NCBI GenBank assembly: GCA_963669415.2
Contig: CAXXPS010000001.1
Location: 499,614-563,613 of the forward strand
Source: Rhizobiaceae bacterium
Lineage (GTDB): Bacteria > Pseudomonadota > Alphaproteobacteria > Rhizobiales > Rhizobiaceae
DNA length: 64,000 bases
Direction of reading: 5' to 3'
Under the pieces are notes generated by a model. The model searched no databases. It was not told the DNA's origin and saw only the letters and a program-made list of their open reading frames with translations. Positions 49,492-57,078 of this stretch are shown piece by piece; positions within the stretch are counted from its first letter, which is position 1, and each line of letters opens with the position of its first letter. Position numbers and translations under genes: made by a program.

Positions 49492-50196
49492 TCACTCCAC
49501 CGAAAGCCGGTATCCCACGCCCCGCACCGTCTGGAGCCAGACGGGGTTGGCGGGGTCTTCCTCGATTTTGCGCCGTAGCCGGTTTATCTGGACATCGATT
49601 GTTCGTTCCCCGACGGTCGATTCACCGCTAATCAGATCTTGCCTTGGGATTGTTTCTCCAGCCCGCTCGGCAAACAGGGCCAGAATGTCCTGCTCCCGGT
49701 CAGTCAGCTTGATCGGCTTGCCCGAGCACTTCAATTCGCGGCGCAGGATCTGAAACGTGTAGGGACCGAAGACAATTTGCTCGACTTTCGGCGCCGCCGT
49801 CGGTCCACCACGACGCAGAATATTGTTGACGCGCAAAATGAGTTCGCGGGGATCAAACGGCTTCGACAGATAGTCATCGGCGCCGGCCTCAAGCCCGTTG
49901 ACCCGGCTTTCGATTTCGCTGAGTGCTGTCAGCATCAAAATCGGAACCTGCTTGTCCGAGCGCAATGCACGCGTAAGTTCGATGCCGCTTTCTCCCGGCA
50001 TCATCACATCAATAATCAGAAGATCGAAGTCGAGTCCCTCAAGCTTGTTGCGGGCGTCAGCCGAATTTGCTGCAACTGTCACCCTGAATCCATTGCTGCT
50101 GAGATATTGCTTCAGCAAATCACGGATACGCGTGTCGTCGTCGACAACAAGCAAATGTGGCGCATCGTCGGCTGGAGCCACGAAATCATCAACCAT
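49492..50196 (-). CDS. OmpR family response regulator
   Basis: It has a receiver domain (LLVVDDD ... DLLIIDVMMPG ... LTAL) and a winged-helix output domain (RLRRKIE ... LQTVRGVGYRL). Confidence 0.93.
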   Translation of the reverse strand: MVDDFVAPADDAPHLLVVDDDTRIRDLLKQYLSSNGFRVTVAANSADARNKLEGLDFDLLIIDVMMPGESGIELTRALRSDKQVPILMLTALSEIESRVNGLEAGADDYLSKPFDPRELILRVNNILRRGGPTAAPKVEQIVFGPYTFQILRRELKCSGKPIKLTDREQDILALFAERAGETIPRQDLISGESTVGERTIDVQINRLRRKIEEDPANPVWLQTVRGVGYRLSVE

Positions 50197-50766
50197 TCAA
50201 CTGTCTCCCCTGCTGCCCCCCTGGTTTGAAACCGGCAGTCTTTCGATTTGCGAGCGACGATCCGGATTGACCATAGCCTTGAGAAAAGCCTTGATCGCAA
50301 CGCGCTGATCCTGTCCGGCACCTTCCATTGCACGGCGGATGCGGCGGGACTGTGGCGCGGCCAATGCCAGCGACAATTCGCGCCCCTTGGCAGTCGGGTA
50401 AAGCTCTCGCTGCCGTCGGTCCTGCGGTCCGGGCAGTTGCACGATGAAGCCGGTATCGACCAATTGTTTTAGCACTCTTGCAAGGCTTTGCTTGGTGATA
50501 TTGAGAACGTCGAGCAACTCGGCGACGGTGAGGCCTGGCATCCGGTTGACGAAATGAAGCACCCGGTGATGCGCCCGTCCAAACCCGTATCCGGAGAGAA
50601 TCTCATCCGGATCGGAAATAAAATCCCGGTAAGCGAAGAACAGAAGTTCGATGATATCCAAATCGATATCATCGTCGGTTCCCATGGGGGTTTTGAGCAG
50701 ATCGGGAGAGGAGTCGCTGTCGTTTGTTTGCATGTTCAGATTTCCGGAACAAAATATGTCAGCCAT
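50197..50766 (-). CDS. MarR family transcriptional regulator
   Basis: It has the wHTH LTVAELLDVLNITKQSLARVLKQLVDTGFIVQLPGPQDRRQREL. Its stop is immediately followed by the response regulator ATG (TGAATG). Confidence 0.85.
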   Translation of the reverse strand: MADIFCSGNLNMQTNDSDSSPDLLKTPMGTDDDIDLDIIELLFFAYRDFISDPDEILSGYGFGRAHHRVLHFVNRMPGLTVAELLDVLNITKQSLARVLKQLVDTGFIVQLPGPQDRRQRELYPTAKGRELSLALAAPQSRRIRRAMEGAGQDQRVAIKAFLKAMVNPDRRSQIERLPVSNQGGSRGDS

Positions 50767-50957
50767 GTTGACATAAATACGCCTGAGTGGTAATTTTCGT
50801 TCATCTTATTGCCGGATTGCGTAAACAATGGAAAGCCGGAGGTTGATTTCCGACATTTCCGGTTATCTGGTCTGAAAGGCAATCCGGTGGCTGTTCCGGC
50901 AAATTCGGCCGGGAATTCATTTCGAGCTTTGCGGGCGATTACCCGCTGGAGGTTGGC

Positions 50958-51851
50958 ATGGCATCAGTTTCATTTGACGAACTTGAGGGTCACATCTGGC
51001 TCAACGGGGACTTTGTAAGGTGGGCGGATGCAAAGGTCCACGTGCTCACGCACGGTCTTCACTACGCCAGTGCTGTGTTCGAAGGAGAGCGGGCCTATGG
51101 CGGCGAGATCTTCAAGCTCAGGGAACACACCGATCGCCTGCACGAATCGGCGAGGGTTCTAGGTTTCAGGATTCCCTGGTCAGCCGATGAAATCGATGAC
51201 GCATGCAATGAATTGCTGCGAAAGCAGGGTTTTACTGATGCCTATGTGCGGCCCATTGCATGGCGTGGAAGCGAAATGATGGGCGTTTCAGCGCAGAACA
51301 ACAAAATCAATCTGGCGATCGCGATTTGGCAGTGGCCAAGCTATTTCGACCCGGAACAAAGGCTGAAAGGGATTCGCCTCGACATGGCCGAATACCGGCG
51401 GCCAGACCCACAGACAGCGCCTTCAAAGTCCAAGGCAGCGGGTCTCTACATGATCTGCACGCTTTCAAAACACGCGGCAGAGGCGAAGGGGTATGCCGAT
51501 GCCTTGATGCTCGACTGGCGCGGCCAGGTGGCCGAGGCGACTGGAGCGAACATCTTTTTCGTCAAGGACGGCGTTTTGCACACACCAATACCCGATTGTT
51601 TCCTTGATGGAATTACCCGGCGCACTGTTATCGATCTCGCCCGCCAACGCGGAATCGAGATTGTCGAGCGGGTGATCATGCCGGAGGAGATGGAGAGCTT
51701 CGAACAGTGTTTCCTGACCGGTACAGCCGCGGAAGTGACACCCGTCTCGGAGATTGGACCGTATCGGTTTACGGTCGGTGACATCACAAAAGCGCTGATG
51801 GACGATTATGACGCTGCTGTGCAACCAAGCCAATCGATTGCGGCGGAATAA
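50958..51851 (+). CDS. ilvE: branched-chain amino acid aminotransferase
   Basis: A fold-type IV PLP enzyme with the motifs HGLHYASAVFEGERAY and KAAGLYM, and a GANIFFV..G.LHTP segment. 297 aa. Confidence 0.92.
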   Translation: MASVSFDELEGHIWLNGDFVRWADAKVHVLTHGLHYASAVFEGERAYGGEIFKLREHTDRLHESARVLGFRIPWSADEIDDACNELLRKQGFTDAYVRPIAWRGSEMMGVSAQNNKINLAIAIWQWPSYFDPEQRLKGIRLDMAEYRRPDPQTAPSKSKAAGLYMICTLSKHAAEAKGYADALMLDWRGQVAEATGANIFFVKDGVLHTPIPDCFLDGITRRTVIDLARQRGIEIVERVIMPEEMESFEQCFLTGTAAEVTPVSEIGPYRFTVGDITKALMDDYDAAVQPSQSIAAE

Positions 51852-51999
51852 TCTTTTACGGAAACCAGCGTTTGGGTTCTGACCTGGCATTTCTTGATCA
51901 ACAATTGCCTGTCGACGGAGGCGCCCTGCTTGCCAGAGATGGCTGGACGCGGCAGCGCCCGGGTATTTATGAGGCTGCGTTGGTATTGGAGCATCACCA

Positions 52000-52641
52000 A
52001 TGGGTAATTTGAGCGCCGGTGTCATCACAGTCACGCCGTTTCAGCAAAACTGCACCATCCTGTTTGACGACGCGGACAACACCGGTGTGGTCATCGACCC
52101 CGGTGGCGAAGTTGATCGCATCCGGGCTGCCGTCAGCGACAATGACATTTCGGTGAAGGAAATTTGGCTCACCCATGGTCATATCGACCATGCCGGCGGG
52201 GCAATGGATCTGAAAGAAGCGCTGGGCGTCGAAATCATCGGACCGCATGTGGGCGATCGCGACATGTTGCTCAATCTGGAGCAGCAGGCACAGATGTTTG
52301 GCGTCCCCGACGCGGTTCGCAATGTTACGCCCGATCGGTTTCTGGCCGAAGGTGAGACCGTTTCGTTTTCAGGTCACACCTTCGAAGTGTTGCATTGTCC
52401 GGGCCATGCGCCCGGACACGTGGTTTTCTACAATCGCGCGGCCAAATTCGCCCATGTCGGTGATGTGCTGTTCAACGGCTCGATCGGCCGCACCGATTTG
52501 CCGGGTGGCGACCACGAGGCACTGATCCGTTCGATCAAAGAGAAACTGCTGCCGCTCGGCGACGAGATCAGTTTCATTTGCGGGCACGGGCCCGGCAGCA
52601 CGTTTGGTAAGGAAAGGCAGTCAAACCCGTTTCTGGTTTGA
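52000..52641 (+). CDS. MBL-fold metallo-hydrolase (glyoxalase II-like)
   Basis: It has the metal-binding motif THGHIDHAGG, followed by CPGHAPGH and GDVLFNGSIGRTD. Confidence 0.85.
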   Translation: MGNLSAGVITVTPFQQNCTILFDDADNTGVVIDPGGEVDRIRAAVSDNDISVKEIWLTHGHIDHAGGAMDLKEALGVEIIGPHVGDRDMLLNLEQQAQMFGVPDAVRNVTPDRFLAEGETVSFSGHTFEVLHCPGHAPGHVVFYNRAAKFAHVGDVLFNGSIGRTDLPGGDHEALIRSIKEKLLPLGDEISFICGHGPGSTFGKERQSNPFLV

Positions 52642-52722
52642 AATAGCCGGGAAGAGGTGAGAGCCGGATGATTTGGCCCCGGGGCCGGAACACCCGAGGC
52701 ATCCGTTAGCCCCTGAGGATTC

Positions 52723-53184
52723 TCAGTCCGCCTCGCAGAAGTGGCGCTTGCCGTCATATCCCAAGAATGTGCCGCTTCTATCGTCAAACGAGCGGTAGCG
52801 GTTGCGGCAATAGTCGTACCATTCCGGCGACCATGGCTGAGGCGCATCAAATGCGGGCTCGGCGTAGATAATTTCGGGCTCATCGTCGATTTCGTCCGGC
52901 CGAGGCGGGAAATAGTTCCTGTCGGGTCGAGGCCGGTGCGGAATGTGGGTCTTGTTGCCTCCACCCTGCGTAGCTGCGCCTATGATGATGGCGCCTACCG
53001 CAAGGCCGATAATTCCGGCGGCGATCAGTTCGCCCGTATCGTTCTTTTTGACGATGACCGGTTGGTGGTGCGGGCGATGTTGGTGGTGTTTCCAGCGCTC
53101 GTGAGCAAATGCCTGCGATATAGGCGCAGTCGCGACTGATGCCACCGCCAGAGCGGCGATGGCCGGTTTGATGATTCCGTTCAT
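52723..53184 (-). CDS. BA14K family protein
   Basis: It has a signal peptide, a Gly-rich TM segment, and the C-terminal BA14K signature WYDYCRNRYRSFDDRSGTFLGYDGKRHFC. Confidence 0.75.
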   Translation of the reverse strand: MNGIIKPAIAALAVASVATAPISQAFAHERWKHHQHRPHHQPVIVKKNDTGELIAAGIIGLAVGAIIIGAATQGGGNKTHIPHRPRPDRNYFPPRPDEIDDEPEIIYAEPAFDAPQPWSPEWYDYCRNRYRSFDDRSGTFLGYDGKRHFCEAD

Positions 53185-53278
53185 ATTTGTCTCCTTGCAG
53201 ACCGCCAAATGCGATCAGGCGGACGAATTGGAGAACTGAGTACAGTTTTCAGCCTGAACGGTGGCTGAACGGGATTTG

Positions 53279-53494
53279 TTACCCGTCGACCGTCAGATTT
53301 ACGGCCTTGGGTCCCTTGCCGCGCTTGTCCGGTTCGGTTTCAAATGAAACCTTCTGCCCGTCCTCAAGACCTGGCAGGCCGGATGCCTGAACAGCGGAAA
53401 TATGAACGAAGACGTCATTTCCACCTTCGTCGGGCGTGATAAATCCGAAACCCTTGGCATGATTGAAAAATTTGACGGTGCCAGTCTGGGCCAT
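53279..53494 (-). CDS. cspA: cold-shock protein (CspA family)
   Basis: 71 aa with RNP1 KGFGFI and RNP2 VFVHI. Confidence 0.95.
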   Translation of the reverse strand: MAQTGTVKFFNHAKGFGFITPDEGGNDVFVHISAVQASGLPGLEDGQKVSFETEPDKRGKGPKAVNLTVDG

Positions 53495-53877
53495 GGGGAA
53501 ACTCCTTTTCTCCCGTCAGGTTTAGGGTGCAGCATATCATCTGCAGCGGTCATCTCGGTCGTTTACAGGAGGAGAAGAAACAGTGGTTGGCGCGCCGTGC
53601 CCTTGCCGGGGCATCCTATATTCACGCATTCCGGCCGGGCGCCTTTCGTCGGTATACAAGCCCGGGTATGCCATTCCAGTCTCCGGGCCGGCAAATGCCC
53701 GAATGGCCAATTGTCTCCGATTTGAGCGCAATCGGCAAGCGAAAGATTTCGCAAGTCTGTCAATCACCCCGAAATAACAGACAGTCACTGTCTACCAATT
53801 CAAAGCTTATCATCGGTGCGGAATTACATTAAGCTTTGACAAAGCTGCCAAAAAGGCGCTCCGGGGAGGTTATTCAA

Positions 53878-55038
53878 ATGCGATATTTCGGAATAAGAAC
53901 CGCGTTTCTGGCCATACTGTTCACCGCGGTTCTCGGTGCAACCGTGCCCGCAAGCTCGCAAGTCAAGTTCGAGTTCGGGGGCGGGGACCAACTGGCAATC
54001 GCCTATCTGGAGGGCCAGGGTTTTACCGATGTCCGAATAATCGCCAACGAGCTTATCCAGGTTCGCGTGGAGGCCTGCAGAGAAGGGATCAAATATCGCT
54101 TCAAGGTGCGAATTGACGGCAAGATTTTTGACTTGAGGAAGATCGGAACCTGCGGTGCGATCACGGCGCAGCAGGCGCGAAAGATCCTCCGCGATGCCGG
54201 TTATCGCGATATAGAGATATCAGCCAGTGACGGACGCTACATTGCATTTGGCTGCAGAAACGACAGCCGGTTTCGTGTGATTATGCGGCTCAACGGTTCG
54301 ATCGCGCACACAAAGCGGGTCGGTTCGTGCCTGGATGATTTGTCCAGGGGCGAGATTGCGGCGATCCTTCGAAGAGAAGGTTTCGAAGGAATTGAATTTC
54401 AGCAATCCGAACCGCCGAATTTCGTCGTGCACGCCTGTCTCGGACGGGCAAAGTTCCGGCTGACCGTCGACCGGCGTGGAAACATCCTGGACGAAACCAG
54501 AGCTGGTCTTTGTGAGCAAGAAATCGACCCTCGCGATATTCCGGCGATCCTGGCGAAACGGGGCTTTTCACAAATTGACGTGGTCGACGACCGGCTGCCG
54601 CGCTATGTGGCTATCGCTTGCAAGGACGGCAAGCAGATTGAGCTGACGCTTAACCGCTACGGAAAGATCGTCAAAACAAAACGTATCGGCAAATGCGCCA
54701 AGCGTTTGAGCCGTGACGAGATCGTTTCCATCCTGGAAGGTCGTGGTTTCAAGCGGATCAATGTCATCAAGGCCGATGATGACGGATATTCCATTGACGC
54801 CTGCTACAAAGGACGCTTCCTGCGGATGCAGTTCACGATCTATGGAGACTTTGTGTCGGAACGGGATCGCGGAGAGTGCAGATCGCGACGGGTGACGGAA
54901 ATCCTGGACAAGCTCGAAGACGCAGGTGTCAGCAAGCTGGAGATGTATGTCGAAGGCTGCCGCAGGGGGAGGCGGGTCCAGTATCCCATAGATGCACTCG
55001 GAGATCTGGGAAAGCGCAAACGGATCGGCAGTTGCTGA
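53878..55038 (+). CDS. secreted protein built of six tandem PepSY-like modules of about 60 aa, each with a conserved Cys pair
   Basis: A GGGGAGG RBS precedes the start, and the signal peptide is MRYFGIRTAFLAILFTAVLGATVPASSQ. Six repeats each end in ..(K/R)(I/V)G.C (GTC, GSC, GLC, GKC, GEC, GSC), and each has an internal (A/G)C. Confidence 0.55.
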   Translation: MRYFGIRTAFLAILFTAVLGATVPASSQVKFEFGGGDQLAIAYLEGQGFTDVRIIANELIQVRVEACREGIKYRFKVRIDGKIFDLRKIGTCGAITAQQARKILRDAGYRDIEISASDGRYIAFGCRNDSRFRVIMRLNGSIAHTKRVGSCLDDLSRGEIAAILRREGFEGIEFQQSEPPNFVVHACLGRAKFRLTVDRRGNILDETRAGLCEQEIDPRDIPAILAKRGFSQIDVVDDRLPRYVAIACKDGKQIELTLNRYGKIVKTKRIGKCAKRLSRDEIVSILEGRGFKRINVIKADDDGYSIDACYKGRFLRMQFTIYGDFVSERDRGECRSRRVTEILDKLEDAGVSKLEMYVEGCRRGRRVQYPIDALGDLGKRKRIGSC

Positions 55039-55507
55039 ACCGCTCTTGACCAGGCTGCATCGACATTCAGGATTTGGAGCGCGGTTTGAGGCAAAATAGC
55101 CCATATCCCGGGGGGACGCGGCGTATTTCGCCCCCGACATCGTTGAAAAGCCCTTATGGCGATCGGCGCCACTGCGGTCTTTTCGCCTTGTCGGAATCGA
55201 AATCCGGCACGCGCCGCGCCCGAAACATGAATGTCGATACAGCCTAGAATACCGTCGCGTGTGGAAATTCCCACATACAAGGCGAACGCGAAGTGTGAAG
55301 TTGAACAGGGGCTGGTCCAGCACCCGGAAGAGACTTGCCGGGTACCGGACCTGCGTGACCGTGCGGAGGGACCACAGCCATGGAGAACCAGACCAAATAT
55401 TGGACGACATCCAGGACGCTGGGCAACAAAACTGAAATCGCAATTTGCGCTGATTTCCCATCAAGCTGGGTCGTGTTCCCAACGAGCGCCGGACTTTCGA
55501 GGAGAGG

Positions 55508-56221
55508 GTGCGGTTCAAGATTGATCAATTGATGCAATCGGCCCAACAGGGCCTTCCAACCGAACTCAGCCGCATCACCACCATTCATTTTGCCCGGATG
55601 ATCGTCATCCGTCCCGAACAGTATCTGATATATTCGGGACTACCCGGATTTCCAAAGCCGGGCCAGCCGGGATCCGAGGGGCCGCGCTATGGCTTCCGGA
55701 ACATGATTCCGGGACATGAAGAGACGACTTGGGCATTTGATGAATTTGACGACATGCCGGAACATGCGACAAGCGATGGAAGCGCCACCGAGAAGCCCGA
55801 ATTCCGTTCCTGGCTGCTCACTCAGGTGATCTTCGATGGCGATATCAAGGTCTATTTCCGCGATATCGCCGAGTTCATCCAAGACCGGTTCGATGACGTG
55901 TTCTTCAATTGTGAAGATTTTCCGGGTACCGGCAATTTTGAGGCCTATTGGCGCTGGATCCGGCGTTATCAGATTCCCAATGACCTTTTCATGTCGGTCT
56001 ATCCGGATCTTTCGGTTCCGCGGATCAAATATCTGGAAAGTTTCAAGCGCCGTTTCGATGCGTTTGTCGCCCAAGTGCGTTCGCCCACGGGCGATCGATT
56101 GCAGCCGATGGACGAGCTGTTTGACGAGTTTTTGAAACAGAACGAGCAGTTTGGCAGCGGCTTTCCGGCACCGGGGGGTGTTTATGTCGCCGCGGCCTCC
56201 GAGGAGGGGGAAGATTCATGA
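55508..56221 (+). CDS. hypothetical acidic cytoplasmic protein, translationally coupled to the DyP-P450-like gene
   Basis: 237-aa ORF (GTG 55508 or ATG 55532). It has no signal peptide or TM helix. It carries the conspicuous segments TIHFARMIVI and VIFDGDIKVYFRDIAEFI. Its TGA overlaps the next ATG (ATGA at 56218-56221). Confidence 0.55.
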   Translation: MRFKIDQLMQSAQQGLPTELSRITTIHFARMIVIRPEQYLIYSGLPGFPKPGQPGSEGPRYGFRNMIPGHEETTWAFDEFDDMPEHATSDGSATEKPEFRSWLLTQVIFDGDIKVYFRDIAEFIQDRFDDVFFNCEDFPGTGNFEAYWRWIRRYQIPNDLFMSVYPDLSVPRIKYLESFKRRFDAFVAQVRSPTGDRLQPMDELFDEFLKQNEQFGSGFPAPGGVYVAAASEEGEDS

Positions 56222-57078
56222 GCAACATCGTCGACGCACAGGCCAATATCGCACGCGCAATCAAGTATCCGAGCGTCGATGCGCGCAACTGGACGCTCTA
56301 TTTCTTTTTTCGGGTCATGCGCAAAACTGAAACGAAGACGTTTCAGGATTTGCTTGGCCGGCAGCTCAAAGCAGCCGGCGCGACGAAAGTTGCCGGCTCG
56401 CGCGGCAGCATGGGCAAGTCCGGAGATACGGGCGATCAGGGCACGGCGTTTTCATTGGGCGATGCCGTCGAAGCCATCGTCAAGCAGCATGCGGCCTCAC
56501 TCGGCAGCGGTGGCCACAACATAGAGCCGCAAGAGGAATCCGGAGCGAGCGCTATTCCAGGGCAGTGGCCCAATGTTCCAGACGCCAAGAAGCCATCCGG
56601 AGCTTTCCTGGCCTGGCTTCGAATGGTGACGAGTGCCGAGTTCGATACAGAAGCAGACGCAATCGGCGACAAGAAAACCGCCAGTGCCGTCGCTGCTGAA
56701 GTCGGCGGCAAGGTTGACCCTGCATCGATTCACGCGGAACTGAAGAAAGCGCTTTCTTCCAAAACCGCTGGTGCGGAAGCAATGAAGGTGCTGTCGCGGT
56801 TTCCCGAACTGTTGAAGGCCAAGGATGGGCCAGTGAAGGTGGGTACTGCGGTTTTCACCCTGATCCTTACCGGCATGAACTCACCGGCACAGCTCAGCGC
56901 GACATTCCAGGCTTTGGGAAGTATGGGCGGCAGTTTGCAGGAACACTCCAATTCGCCGCGCGATTCCTGTTCGTGTTGTCGGCCTATTTCAAAGTGCTGC
57001 TTTCGAGCCCGGATCTGTTGGCGGCGATTATTGCCAAGTTTGAGAAGAACCCCTCTGCCGCGGGTGCTGCGGCGCTGA
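56218..57078 (+). CDS. N-terminal segment of the DyP-type peroxidase gene (frame 1); probably the 5' part of one interrupted gene
   Basis: The first roughly 45 aa (VDAQANIARAIK...NWTLYFFFRVMRKTETKTFQDLL) resemble the IQG.IL...F.FF.I.....F motif at the N-terminus of class V DyPs. A low-complexity Ala/Gly/Ser/Lys-rich region follows. The last roughly 45 codons are Arg/Cys-rich and look out of frame. Confidence 0.5.
   Translation: MSNIVDAQANIARAIKYPSVDARNWTLYFFFRVMRKTETKTFQDLLGRQLKAAGATKVAGSRGSMGKSGDTGDQGTAFSLGDAVEAIVKQHAASLGSGGHNIEPQEESGASAIPGQWPNVPDAKKPSGAFLAWLRMVTSAEFDTEADAIGDKKTASAVAAEVGGKVDPASIHAELKKALSSKTAGAEAMKVLSRFPELLKAKDGPVKVGTAVFTLILTGMNSPAQLSATFQALGSMGGSLQEHSNSPRDSCSCCRPISKCCFRARICWRRLLPSLRRTPLPRVLRR

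Noticed and set aside
54568-55518. 316-aa minus-strand ORF
   Set aside because: It is antisense to the six-repeat PepSY-like gene. It has Ser/Arg/Cys-rich low-information composition, no RBS and no recognisable domain.
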